NCBI RefSeq assembly: GCF_006345805.1
Contig: NW_021834667.1
Coordinates: 1 to 45,933, forward strand
Length of the DNA: 45,933 nucleotides
From: Octopus sinensis
Lineage: Eukaryota
Direction of reading: 5' to 3'
The notes beneath the pieces were generated by a model. The model had not been told where the DNA came from. It saw only the letters and a program-made list of their open reading frames with translations, and made no database searches. Below are positions 24,735 through 36,851 of the stretch, piece after piece. A program made the translations under genes and the position numbers. Positions within the stretch are counted from its first letter, which is position 1; each line of letters opens with the position of its first letter.

Positions 24735-25194
24735 TATACTACCAGATTTTTACACAAAGAATCAGTTGTGAATAGCAGTTCATCATTGAACAACATGATT
24801 TACTGCAACCACTACCAAGCCTGATTCAAACTAATAACAGGGAAAATTACTCCTTGAACAATTACATATTTATTCACCCTGAAGAGATCGTACAAATTAT
24901 GCAGTATAAATCCCTGCAAAGAAATATGCAGCAATTTGCAATTGACACATATCTGACAATTATTATGAATGAACCAAGTAGAAAGTCTAGGTGTTCAAAT
25001 TCTTGTTTTCTTTATCAGTATTGTGATTTTACACTCTAAGTAGCTAGGAGACAAACTGTAGCATCAGATGGTAATTTTTAGGAAATATACCTTAAAATGG
25101 ACCATCAGAAGAAACTGGCCATGGCACTTTACATAGATTAATGTGTTATCTCCCTGGATATTTATATCCCACCTCTTACTATATATACATATAT

Positions 25195-25261
<67 letters not shown>

Positions 25262-25263
<2 letters not shown>

Positions 25264-25400
25264 CATTGCTGTGTAGTTAGGAAGCTTGTTTCTCAACTAC
25301 ATGGTTTTGGTTCAGTCCCATTGTATGGCACCTTGGGCAAGTGTCTCCTGCTATAGCCACATGCCAACCGAAGCCCTGTGATTAAATTTGGTAGGTGGAA
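25262..25400 (+). mobile_element. SINE (main family), 5' half
   Basis: GCTGTGTAGTTAGGAAGCTTG...GGTTCAGTCCCATTG...CCTTGGGCAAGTGTCT. Confidence 0.8.
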
Positions 25401-25548
25401 GTTTCCATCATGTTTGTACATGTGTGTGTATAAGTGCTTGTGCCTCCTAACAGAGGGGAGGGATATCATACAAAATGAAACAGAAAGTGAGGTGATGCAT
25501 TAAAAAATGCAAGTTATGAATTTAATTTACTGATTGGTTTAATTTCAG

Positions 25549-25721
25549 GTGACCGAATGGGCTGTGGTATTTCATTTCCTCGGGATTACACTGTGGACCT
25601 ATACAGTCAGGGCTCTGTATCAAACTCTCCTGAAGATGTCACAGATTTGGCTGATTTCAGTGATAGTAGTTCTGAAGACAACGAGATATGGGAAAAACAA
25701 CATTCAGAAACTTGTGTTCGG
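25549..25721 (+). CDS. SPRYD3: SPRY domain-containing protein 3-like, penultimate coding exon
   Basis: Acceptor TTTCAG at 25543-25548, donor GTAAAT at 25722. Encodes (G)DRMGCGISFPRDY...acidic loop...ETCVR, resembling SPRYD3 GD.MGCGI.FPRDY. Phase 0 end matches the next exon. Confidence 0.88.
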
Positions 25722-26954
25722 GTAAATAGTACCACTGAACTTTATTTTCATATATGTTTGAGTGCATGATACAGAACAAGAAATTTAGCACTTTTTCATA
25801 GTTTTATGAACTATACATATTGCACTAAATATAAAATAAAACATAATTATTTAGTATATCGATTCATACCAGTACAAATATGAAGAAAATTGACTTATAG
25901 TTCATCAGAATGTCTGAAAAAAAGAACAGAAAAAAATAATTTCACAGAAGGCCAGTGGGGTCCAGTTGGCTCCCAATGACAATATTTTATGCTATAATGT
26001 CCATATGACTGGAAATTCTAAACTCAAAATGTGTGTGTGTGCATACATAAACTATTGACAATAAAAATCATGAGATATAAAATCATTTAGATAAAAAATG
26101 TAAAAGTTGCATAACTTTAAAAAGGACCCTGCCAGCCCACTAGTGTAGATCAGAAAGTTTTTTATAAATAAAGTTTGAATATGAAATTTTTAAGGATACA
26201 GAATAACAACTGTCAGAAAGATAATTTTTATCAGAACTCACTGAGGTTGACCCTTGAAACTTCAATCTCTAAATATAAACATCTTGTTGGGAAAAATAAA
26301 TTGGGATCAATTTTTATGTGAAAAGGAGTTAAAGACAAATTATTTAGTTGCAAACTGGAAGAGTTATTGTAACTCTAACACCATGAGTTTTTCCATTTTC
26401 AAATGTCGCACTAGAATTTTTAACAGAGTTCCATTTCAAGCTAAATCTTTTTATGGGTATTTCAGTTTATTTAGGTCTACATTATTAGGTTCTATGCATA
26501 CCTAGAGAGAGAGCAACAAGAAACCATTCAAATATATTTTTTCCTGAAAAGTCAATTGATAGTACATAGTGTACAAGCATGCTTGCTTACGTATGTAAAT
26601 ATGCATGGATACATACACACACACACACATATGCATGCATACACACACACATGCATTCACAGACATACATACACACACTTCCAACTTTCTAAAGTCCTTG
26701 TGCTGGTTATAAAAAGAATTGATTACACAGATATCATTATTATAGGTGGCAATTTCAGTGGTCATGCCAGGAAACATCTGTGTGAGTTTCTCTGTTGTAT
26801 GGATTGTAGAAACCTGTGTTGCAAATAGCTTTTTTTTCTGTTTACAAAACAAAGCTCAGAAAGTCTGGTAGGGATCCAACTAATCCTCACAAGACAAATT
26901 GAAAGTTGTAGTGATCTCATGTATATATTTTGAGTTTTGCTATTGTCATATGTT

Positions 26955-27325
26955 CTTTTACCTTTTATCTTTTACTTCTTTCAGTCATTAGACTGCGACC
27001 ATGCGGGGTCACCACCTTGAGGAATTTTAAGTTGAATGTACGGACCCCAGGACTTATTTTTTTAAAGCCTGGTACTTATTCTCTTGGTCTTCTTTTGATG
27101 AACCACAAAGTTATGAGGATATGAGCACTGTAACACTAGTTGTCAAGCAGTAGGGATGGGGGACAAACACAGACACATAGGCATATATACAATGGGCTTC
27201 TTTCAGTTCCCATCTACCAAATCCACTCACAAGGCTTTGGTTGACAAAAGCTTATAGTTGAAGATACTTCCTAAGGTGCCACACAGGCAGTGGGACTGAA
27301 CCCTGAACCATGTGGTTGAGAAGCA
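26955..27325 (-). mobile_element. SINE (main family), near full length, diverged
   Basis: TTTCAGTCATTAGACTGCGACCATGC, GGTACTTATTCT, CTACCAAATCCACTCACAAGGCTTTGG, GTGGGACTGAACC. Confidence 0.85.
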
Positions 27326-27544
27326 TGTAAATTATTTTAGCAAATGAGACATTTTACCCTATCAGAAATTTTAGACAATGGAAATCTGTGGAGCCCAGTT
27401 TTGACTACATTAAGCAAGGTTTGTTCAGACATACTATTGTTTTTTTGTATTATTCATTCAGTATCAGAAAAATCAACCTGCATTGATTCTATAAACACAA
27501 TCCTTAAGAGCACCCTCCACTGGGGCCATGCCAACCATTTTCTT

Positions 27545-29608
27545 TCATCATCATCATCATCGTTTAACATCCGCTTTCCATGCTGGCATGGGTTGGATGG
27601 TTTGACTGAGGACTGGTAGGCCAGAGGCTGCACCAGGCTCAATCTGATCTGGCAAAGTTTCTACAACTTGAAGCCCTTCCTAACACCAACCACTGAGAGT
27701 GTAGTGGGTGCTTTTACATGACACTGGCACAAGGGTCAGTCAGGTGGTTCTGGCAACCACCATGCTCAAAAGGTGTTTTTTACTTGCTATCTGCATGGAA
27801 GCCAGTCCGGCGGCATTGGCAACGACCATGCTTGAATGTTGTTTTTCACATGCCACTGGCACATGTGCTAGTAGGGTGACTCCAGCAATGATCATGCTCG
27901 AATGGTGCTTTACACGTGCCACCAGCACGGGAGCCAATCTGTGACCCTGGCAACGATCACACTCGGATGTGCTTTTAACATTCTACTAGAATGAGTGCCG
28001 ATCAGGCGGTACTGTCATTGGTCATGTCAGAGATTTTGATTTGTTTTCGCTTACCTCAATAGGTCTTCACAAGCAAAGTTCATTGTCCAATGAACAAATA
28101 AGGGGTACTCATAAGTGGGCCGGTTACACCCACTGACATAGGCCATGGGCGATGGTCTCACTTGGCTTGTCGGGTCTTCTCAAGCACAGCATATCTCCAA
28201 AGGTCTCAGTCACTTTTATTGCCTTGGTGAGGCCCAATATTTGAAGGTCATGCTTCAACACCTCATCCCAGGTCTTCCTGGGTCTATCTCTTCTGCAGGT
28301 TCCCTCAACTGCTAGGGTGTGACATTTTTTCACACAGCTATCCTCATCCATTCGCAACACATGACCATACCAGCACAGTCGTCTTTCTTGCACGACACAT
28401 CTGATGCTTCTTAGGTCCAACTTTTCTCTCAGTGCACTTACATTCTGTTGTGTATGCACATTGACATTACTCATCCAGTGGAGCATACTGGCTTCATTCC
28501 TTGCAAACTTATTCATGTCCTCAGCAGTCACAGCCCATTTTTCACTACCATGTAGCATGGCTGTTTGTACACATGCATCATACAGTCTAGCTTTTACTCT
28601 GAGCGAGAGGCTTTTTGTCACCCACAGAGGTAGGAGCTCTCTGAACTTTGCCCAAGCTATCCTTACTCTAGCAGCTACACTTTCAGAGGATTCACCCCCA
28701 CTACTGACTTGGTCACATAGGTAACGGAAGCTATCAACTACTTGTAGTTTTTCTCCCTGGAATGTGATGGAAGCTGTTCTCTGTGCATTTTCAGTGTTTA
28801 TTGCTCCCGAGCATCTGCCACATACAAAAACTATCTTCCCCGTTGGCCTCCCTTTGATATTACTGCACCTCTTATGTGTCCATAGCTTACACTGGGTACA
28901 TCTTATGGAGTTTCTACCTATGCCTTTTCTACAGATTGATCAGGGCCATCTACCTGAAGGGATTTGTGAACTTTGGTTTTAGCTAGGTTGATTCTAAGGC
29001 CCTCCAATTCTAATCTTCCACACCTGAAACTTCTCTAACCATTCATCTATCTCTCGTTTCCTCATTGACCACCAGATAAGAGATCAGAGGACCCTGTCAA
29101 AAGCTTCCTCCATGTCAACGAAAGCTAGGTACAGAGGCTTATCTTTGGCTGGATATTTCTCTTGCAGCTGTCTTACCAGAAATAAAGCATCAGTGGTGCT
29201 TTTCTCTGGCACAAACCCAAACTGCATCTCATCTAGACTGACTCTCTCCCTAATTAGTTGGGTTATGACCTTCTCCGTGACCTTCATTACCTGATCCAAC
29301 AACTTGATGCCTCAGTAATTATTTATATCTAATGTGTCACCTTCACTTTTGTAGCAGTTGACTATGGTGCTGTTACACCAGTCATTGGGGTATGACTCCT
29401 TCATGTATCACTTGGTTGACTATACTGGTGACTAGGCTATAGCCAACACCACCAGATATTTTGAGCATCTCTATGGCGATTCCTGATGGGCCGGGGGCTT
29501 TCCCTGTCTTCACACTCTTAATTGCTTTATCTACTGAGGTACTGTCAATTTGGATAGCTGGTCCCTCTGTTGGGTCAGCATTCAGCAGACTCTCTTTCTC
29601 CCATTCAT
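27545..29608 (-). mobile_element. RTE LINE, 5'-truncated with internal deletion
   Basis: (CAT)n tail, 3' UTR units, LHGSEKWA, PHD-like region, QFGF..STTDA, AFVDMEEAFDRV; central RT segment deleted near 29035. Confidence 0.92.
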
Positions 29609-30966
29609 CACCATCATCGTTTAACGTCCGCTTTCCATGCTAGCATGGGTTGGATGATTTGACTGAGGGCTGGCGAACCAGATGGCTGCACCAGGCTCCA
29701 ATCTTGATCTGGCAGAGTTTCTACAGCTGGATGCCCTTTCCTAACGCCAACAATTCCGAGACTGTAGTGGGTGCTTTTACGTGCCACCGGCATGGAGGCC
29801 AGTCAGGCTGTACTGGCAACAACCTCACTCGAATCTTTTTACACATGCCACCAGCACAGGTGCCAGTAAGGTGATGCTGGTAACGATCATGCTCAAATGG
29901 TGCCTTTTATCTGCCACTGGCACGGAAGCCCGTTAGCCACTCTGGCAACGATCATGCTTGGATGGTGCTCTTAGCACCCTACTAGCACAGGGCTCAAGTG
30001 CCAGTAAGGCGATGCTGGTAACGATCACACTCGAATGGTGCCTTTTATGTGCAACTGGCATGGAAGCCGGTTAGCTGCTCTGTCAGCGATCACACTTGTA
30101 TGGTGCTCTTTGCACCCCGCCAGCACGGACGCCAGTCATCGAATTTGATTTTGATTTGATTTGGATTTCACTTGCCTCAACTGGTCTTCGCAAGCAGAGT
30201 TTAGTGTCCAAAGAAGGAAAAGGTATGCATAAGTGGGCTGGTTATGCCCCTGGCATAGATCACGAGGTTATGGTCTCATTTGGCTTGCCGGGTCTTCTCA
30301 AGCACAGCATATTTCCAAAGGTCTTGGTCAGTAGTCATTTCCTTGGTGAGGCCTAAAGTTCGAAGGTTGTGCTTCACCACTTCATCTCAGGTCTTCCTGG
30401 GTCTACATCTTCCACAGGTTCCCTCAACTGCTAGGGTGTGGCACTTTTTCACACAGCTATCCACATCCATTCTTGCCACATGACCATACCAGCGCAGTAG
30501 TCTCTCTTGCACACCATATCTGATGCTTCTTAGGTCCAACTTTTCTCTCAAGGTACTTACACTCCGTCGAGTATGCACACTGACATTACACATCCATTGG
30601 AGCATACTGGCTTCATTCCTTGCGAGCTTACGCATGTCCTCAGCAGTCACGGCCCATGTTTCACTGCCATGTAGCATGGCTGTTCGTACACATGCGTCAT
30701 ACAGTCTGCCTTTTACTCTGAGTGAGAGGCCCTTTATCACTAGCAGAGGTAAGAGCTCTCTGAACTTTGGCCAAGCTATTCTTATTCTAGCAGCTACACT
30801 TTCAGTGCACCCTCCCCCTCTACTGACTTGGTCACCTAGGTAACGGAAGCTATCAACTACTTGTAGTTTTTCTCCCTGGAATGTGGCGGAAGTTGTCCTC
30901 TGTACATTTTCAGTGTTTATTGCTCCTGAGCATCTGCTACATACAAAAAACTATCTTCCCAGTTAG
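29605..30966 (-). mobile_element. RTE LINE 3' fragment
   Basis: Tail, 3' UTR with repeated units, KGRLYDACVRTAMLHGSETWA...LRWYGHV; truncated within the PHD-like region. Confidence 0.92.
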
Positions 30967-31489
30967 AGGATAGGGGCTTCCGATACAGGTGGTAGGGGCA
31001 GGAGGGCGGGTATAGTGTGAAATAGCAAAATTTCATCTTCTGGATTCATATTTTTTGGGGGAGTTATTAAAATGGAGTAGTGTGTGCACTAGTTTATATA
31101 GGGTGGGGTGGTGGAAGAGGGGGAAGTGTTGGCGAAGCAAGTGGTAATTGAAACAGAGAGAGAGGATGCCAGAGTTAGGGTGGTCAGGGATAGAACACGA
31201 GGGAGAAAAATATTCTTTTGGGATTTTGGGTAACATAATTTAATGAAACAGCAATTGCTGATAATAGTGAAATAGAATTGAAAAATCTTAGAATTTTTGG
31301 TCAGCCAATCTGTGACAAAATTAGAGAAATATGTGACGATGTGACAAATTTGAATAAATGAATAGGTAACGAATAGTGAATGTGCAGGAAGGAACTTGAG
31401 TTTGTGTTAAGACCCAGGAAGACAAAAACTATGTTTACATGGTAATGAAATAGATAGAATAATGAAAGGAATCTCTTCTAAACATGAAT

Positions 31490-31980
31490 ACCAATCAGCT
31501 AGTACCCTCACAGTCTCTACTGCTGTCTCTCATTATCACTGATGGTCTGTCATGGCAAAAGCTTGTCCTTAATACAGCTAGAAACCACATCCAAATTCTT
31601 CTGTTTAGGACCAGAAGACATTTTAGCCCCAAACAGCTGTTGACACTCAACAAAGCTCAGTGGAGTAATGCTTCTACAGCTAGGAGGGTGCCGCTGCTAT
31701 GCACACTGACATCCTGTGTTATATTGAGTGAAGGGCCACTCAGCCAATTGGCAATGGACAACTCTGGCCACTGGCATTCTGTCTCCTCTCTGTCTTTTCT
31801 ATCACTATTGTAATGACCTTTGTTCCTTGGAGCTCCACCACTCACACCCTGACCCACTTCTCTCTCCACATCTTGTCACCTTGGATGTGTCCGACCCTTA
31901 CCCCACCCCTGCCCTGCATTAACCACTATTCACAATACTTGTTCTCCAGAACATCATCTATCTGAAATCTCCTCTACATT
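31490..31980 (+). mobile_element. Old CR1/L2-group LINE remnant (different family)
   Basis: LFRTRRHFSPKQLLTLNKAQ and LCLFYHYCNDLCSLEL resemble post-RT segments of CR1/L2-type ORF2. Confidence 0.55.
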
Positions 31981-32879
31981 CAAACAAGTAGCAAGAGTCA
32001 GCCCCATTATTGTCCATTGTTTCCTCAGCAAGAGCCTCTGTATGTTTAATCTGGAACAGCAGACTACTTGTCTCATGGATGCTGATTTCCTTCATCAGTT
32101 CAGCTGTTGATGGATATTAAGTACCATCAACTTAACTCCATGACCACCCTTACTGCATAAAGAGTCACTACACATACAATTTCAGTCAACTTAGTATTAT
32201 TAGAGACAATTTCAGCAAAGTATGCTTGTCTTCTTCGCCGGCACCTAGATATTATACAAGTGTACAGCAATAGCAGAGTAGTGCAGATAGTTACAACCAA
32301 ATCTCATTGCTTTCTACCAGATTGGCTGAAAGTTGCAAAATTGGAGGTCAATCATATACTTAACTAGGAATATACTTTTCCGATGTGGATATACATGTAA
32401 TCCTCAAAGAGACCCCAAGTGACTGGCTTCCTTGCATTAATTATAGCGTGCTCAATGCTGGCAGTAACCCCAACATTACCCAAAACTCCATTTCAGAATT
32501 TTTCTTCATCCTTGAATGGTACACTAAAGAGTTGATCAAGCCTTTATGCAGTTTGCATTAAGTTTCAACATCTGTAGTTTACTGTATGTTAAAAGGTCAT
32601 AACCAAGGATGGAAATTCTAGAAGATAACAGTTCTAGAGAGGAAGGATGCAGAAACTGTGTATGCTAGACCTGAGATGTGAAATATAAATGGTGTGATCA
32701 GAAAAGCAGGGGCATGTGGTTTGGGTTGGCCTGAGTAGAAGGGGTTTCATAAAAGTTGTTATTAGTAGAAGCAGAGAGGAATCAGTTGAAAATAGAAGTT
32801 GGTGCATGCTAGGAGTTGATCTTTGTTAATTTATTAGCAAAATTATTTGTTAATTTATCTAAACTAATTGTGAGCTAAT

Positions 32880-33320
32880 CAGTGCAGGAAGTTTTTGCAG
32901 CAAAAGTACTGTAGCTTGAATACGGAAATGAAAGCTGTTCAGAAAGGTGTTTCCATTGTTAGTAACATAGGATGTCTGTTGTGAAAGCAAAACTTTTTGA
33001 AACTTATATAAGAAACATAATAATGCATGGTAGTGAGACATGGACATTGAATATGGTAGATCTGCAGTGGCTGGTTGGAGATTAAATGAGATGAAAATGA
33101 TTCATTGAATATATAATGTTTGCATGCATGAAAGACAGAGCACTAGTGAACTGAGATAGTGATTAGGTATTAAATGAAACAATCTAAGTGAGCAAGAGAG
33201 CTGATTCTGCTAGTATAAGTATGCAATGCCAATGGGTGATGAAACAGACAGGAAAACATAAGTAGTCAGATCAGTCAGGTCTCTGGGTACTGGTCTCACA
33301 GAAGAGAGAGCAGAAAACAA
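32880..33320 (+). mobile_element. Highly decayed RTE LINE remnant
   Basis: CATGGTAGTGAGACATGG = HGSETW at about 33026, followed by degraded similarity to the RTE C-terminal region. Confidence 0.5.
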
Positions 33321-33863
33321 AGTAGTAGCAATATACTGTACAGTAGATTCAGCCTACCCCATGATAGTAAAGAAAAACAGATAATAAATATAGATTAGGA
33401 TTCTGATAGTATCAATATTCTACTATGTGGTTGGTCATAGTAGGTAGGCAATGAACATACATACCACAAAAACATTACATCAGGTTTGAAGTGGACAGCA
33501 GTTGGCAGAACAGGTAGAGCTAAAGATGAAATACTTTGGGGCATTTGTTTACATAAGTTTAAGTCCTACCAAACCAACTTTGCTTTTCCTCTTTCCAAAG
33601 TCAATAAATGCAAGTACTGGAGTTAATAAAATAATGCTGCATTACGGCACACTCCAATGTTCAAAACCAGTAAAAGAACAAGCTTGATTGCAACAGAATT
33701 TTTATTGTTTCTGAATAAACAGATTAAATTTATTGATCAAAATTTTTTAATGATTTTCATGCTTTTTCTGTTTTTACAAATAGATTTTCATTCTTTTTTC
33801 TTTTCTCTCGAAGTGCAAACTGTTTCTAGTTACATATTTCTCAATTCCTTTTCTTCTTGTCAG

Positions 33864-33998
33864 GTCTTCTTCACCAGAAACGGTCGTACAATTGGCAGTC
33901 GGGAAATGAAAATTTCAAAGGATGGTCTCTATCCAACTATTGGCATGTTGAGCAGTGATGAAAAAGTAAAAGTGGACTTACGGCCATTAACTGGCTAA
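33864..33998 (+). CDS. SPRYD3: SPRY domain-containing protein 3-like, terminal coding exon
   Basis: Long polypyrimidine tract and CAG at 33861-33863. Encodes VFFTRNGRTIGSREMKISKDGLYPTIGMLSSDEKVKVDLRPLTG-stop, matching the SPRYD3 C-terminus pattern VFFTRNG...PTIGMLS..EKVKVDL.PL.G. Confidence 0.92.
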   Translation, partial: VFFTRNGRTIGSREMKISKDGLYPTIGMLSSDEKVKVDLRPLTG

Positions 33999-34235
33999 TT
34001 AAAAGAAGAAAAGTGTGTGTGAGCGAGCGAGTGAGTGTGTGTGAGTGTACATGCGTATGCATGTGTGTGTATGCTTGTGTCTCTCTCTCATGTATATGTG
34101 TGTGTGTGTATGTACACAGACACACAAATATACATGACAACAGTGGAAGGAGTAAGATTTTTTCACAGATGTTTCGACTGAGATTTGCATTGGTGCTTAT
34201 GAATAGTTTTCATGAGTGGACAGCACAAAACTCAA

Positions 34236-34241
34236 AATAAA
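34236..34241 (+). promoter_or_regulatory. Candidate polyadenylation signal (alternative at 34574-34579)
   Basis: First AATAAA after the stop codon; the AT-rich context makes this weak. Confidence 0.3.
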
Positions 34242-34783
34242 CAACTATGAAAATTCCAGAGTTCTCACTGTCATTATAACTATAATTAACTGTACAGTAT
34301 GTATTGCATTCTTTTCTCTTTGATTTCTTTTAACAAATGCATATCTGTATGTGTGTGTGTGTGTGTGTGTGAACAATATTTATATATTGAATTAGTGCTT
34401 AAGCACTAAAATATATCTACTGAATTTAAGAGCTTACTTATTAATATGTTGCCAAACTCCAATATAATATTATTATAATATAATATAATATTATTACAAT
34501 GTAATAATCATAAATGGAATGAGTTTGCAAATATATTGAGTAAAAGGAATGTTCAGAGCAACATATTTAGAATAATAAAAAGTAAAGATTTTATACATTT
34601 TTCATAAATTCTTTTTAAATCCTACAACTGTTTTCATTGTTAAAATGCAAACATCATCATGTATATACTCATTACATAATTAATACACACACACATATAT
34701 ATGTAAATCTGTATAGGTAATATATGTATATGTATCTGTATGTAATATTTATATATATATTTATATTGATTATATATATATAT

Positions 34784-34836
34784 AACAGTGGTGCATCAGC
34801 ATAGCCCCAGCTCTGAGCTGAAACAAGAAAAAAAAC
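34784..34836 (+). mobile_element. Solo 3' tail of the CR1/L2-group LINE
   Basis: GGTGCATCAGCATAGCCCCAGCTCTGAGCTGAAAC+A-run matches the tail at 21581-21625, preceded by (TA)n. Confidence 0.7.
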
Positions 34837-35018
34837 TCCAAAAAAACCAAAAAACTAACATACCCATGTGTCATAAAAAATGCCGACAGTTTTGTTAATG
34901 ATAGAAAATGGCACATCAACACAAAGGGAAAAACCATTAATAAATGTTTGCAATCAAGTAAATGTATGTACATACACAGAATTGAAACACTTGGTGAATC
35001 AGATACAACTGGGACATC

Positions 35019-35078
35019 TTATTTATTCTTTACATTAATCTTAATCTTAAGATTAAGATTAATGTAAAAAATAAATAA
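35019..35078. repeat. Spacerless 60-bp palindrome with one mismatch
   Basis: TTATTTATTCTTTACATTAATCTTAATCTT|AAGATTAAGATTAATGTAAAAAATAAATAA; perfect core 35029-35068. Confidence 0.9.
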
Positions 35079-35234
35079 TGCTGAATCAAAGTAACACCAA
35101 ATATATAGTGCGTGTGTTTTTATTGGCTAAACTGGCAAAATGACCATTCCGAAATACAACCATATTTGTTTCAACACACAATTTCACATCAAAAATCTTG
35201 CAAAACAAATATATATATGTATATATTTGCATAT

Positions 35235-36797
35235 ATGCAAACAAGTCCTTGCAAAACCATTGCAGCTACTTTTTCAGAGCTTCCTCACAAATGGTAAACT
35301 CCCGGACAAACTAAAGGAGGGAATAATATGCTCTATCCATAAGGGAGGAAGTAGAGCAGATGCTAAAAACTATAGGCCTATCTCTCTGACCTCACACTTC
35401 AGCAAAGTTATGGAACGAATAGTCTGAAGGAAATTAATTGCATTCCTTAAAGAGAATGGCTTGTTGACTGACACCCAGCATGATTTTTGACCAGGAAGAA
35501 GCTATCTGATATGCTCTTGCAGCATTATGACTGGGTGCTGAAGCAGCTGCTCAACAACTCAAATGTGGATGTGGTATACCTCGACTTTGCAAAAGCCTTT
35601 GATAAAGTTGACCATGGTATTTTTTTGCCACAAGCTGTGAAATCCTGGCGTAGATGGAAAACTTGGAGAATGGCTACATGACTTTCTAAGAGATAGAAGT
35701 CAGGTAATAGTGGTCAATGGGGTTACCTCCAAGGAAACACAGATAATGAGTAGTATTCTACAGGACACTGTTCTGGGGGCCCCTGCTATTCATACTGGCC
35801 CTCACTGATATGCTGTCAGCTGCTCAGATAGCCACCCTTGCTAGCTATGCAGACAATACAAAAGTCTCTCAGAGGATGCAGGACCCTGGAGACATTGAGC
35901 ATCTAAAACATGAGTTGGGCTGAGGAAAATAATGTGCAGTTTAATGCTGGAAAATTCCAAGCCCTGTGCTACCAACACAGGAAACTCAATGAAAAGCAGA
36001 TAGGATTCACTAGCTGAGAAGGGATCCCAATTCCTGAATCAAAATCAGTGCTTGACCTGGGCATCAACATGAGTAATGATGCATCTTTCCAAGTGCACAT
36101 TACTAAGTTGGCAATAAAATGCAGACATCTGGCTGGCTGGATCCTTTGAACTTTCAAAACAAGAGAAAAGGAAACCATGATTGACCTCTGGAGGACTTTA
36201 ATCCTCAGCTGTCTGGATTACTGCTCCCAACTGTGGTCACCAAACAGTGTAAAATTAGCAACAGAACTTGAGGCAATCCAGCAAAGTTACATGAAGAAGG
36301 TCGACACAATGCAACATATCAGCTATCGGGAAAGACTGAAAGAGTTAAGATTTTACTCCCTGGGGTGAAGGTGGGAAAGATATGCAGTGATATCCACCTG
36401 GAAAATCCTAGAAAAACTTGTGTCAAACTTTGGCATTGTCAGTTACATAAACAGAAGGATGGGACACCACTGTATAGTACCACAAACCCCAATATTGCCA
36501 TCAGGATACAGAACCAGATACTGCAACACTCTGGGTTTCAAAAGCCTACAGCTCTTCAATATCCTCCCACAAAACCTGAGAGACCTGCATAGCATGGATG
36601 TAGGCTTTTTCAAAACAAAACTAGATCTCCTTCTGTCAAGAGTTCTGGATGAACCTACCTCAAGGCAAGAAGCACAGATGAGGGCAGCAAGGTCAAACTC
36701 CCTCATCCACCAAATGTCACACATCAGAGGATGTTTAAGAAAAGTGTAGCAAAGTAAACGGCCCCAGCATAGCTGCAGTCCTTGGACTGAAACTAAA
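35235..36797 (+). mobile_element. CR1/L2-group LINE, 5'-truncated, disrupted
   Basis: KGGSRADAKNYRPISLTSH, YLDFAKAFDKVDH, DYCSQLWSP, FFKTKLDLLLSRVLDEPTS; tail CCCCAGCATAGCTGC..CTGAAAC. Confidence 0.92.
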
Positions 36798-36851
36798 AAT
36801 ATTTATGTATGTCTATATATATATCTGTGTGTGTATGTATGTATATATATA

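Noticed and set aside
26720-26780. IIIGGNFSGHA, similar to the LINE endonuclease GDFNGH motif
   Set aside because: Too short and decayed to delimit as a feature.
30967-31480. Purine-rich block after an RTE truncation
   Set aside because: No ORF, repeat structure or homologue that I can support.
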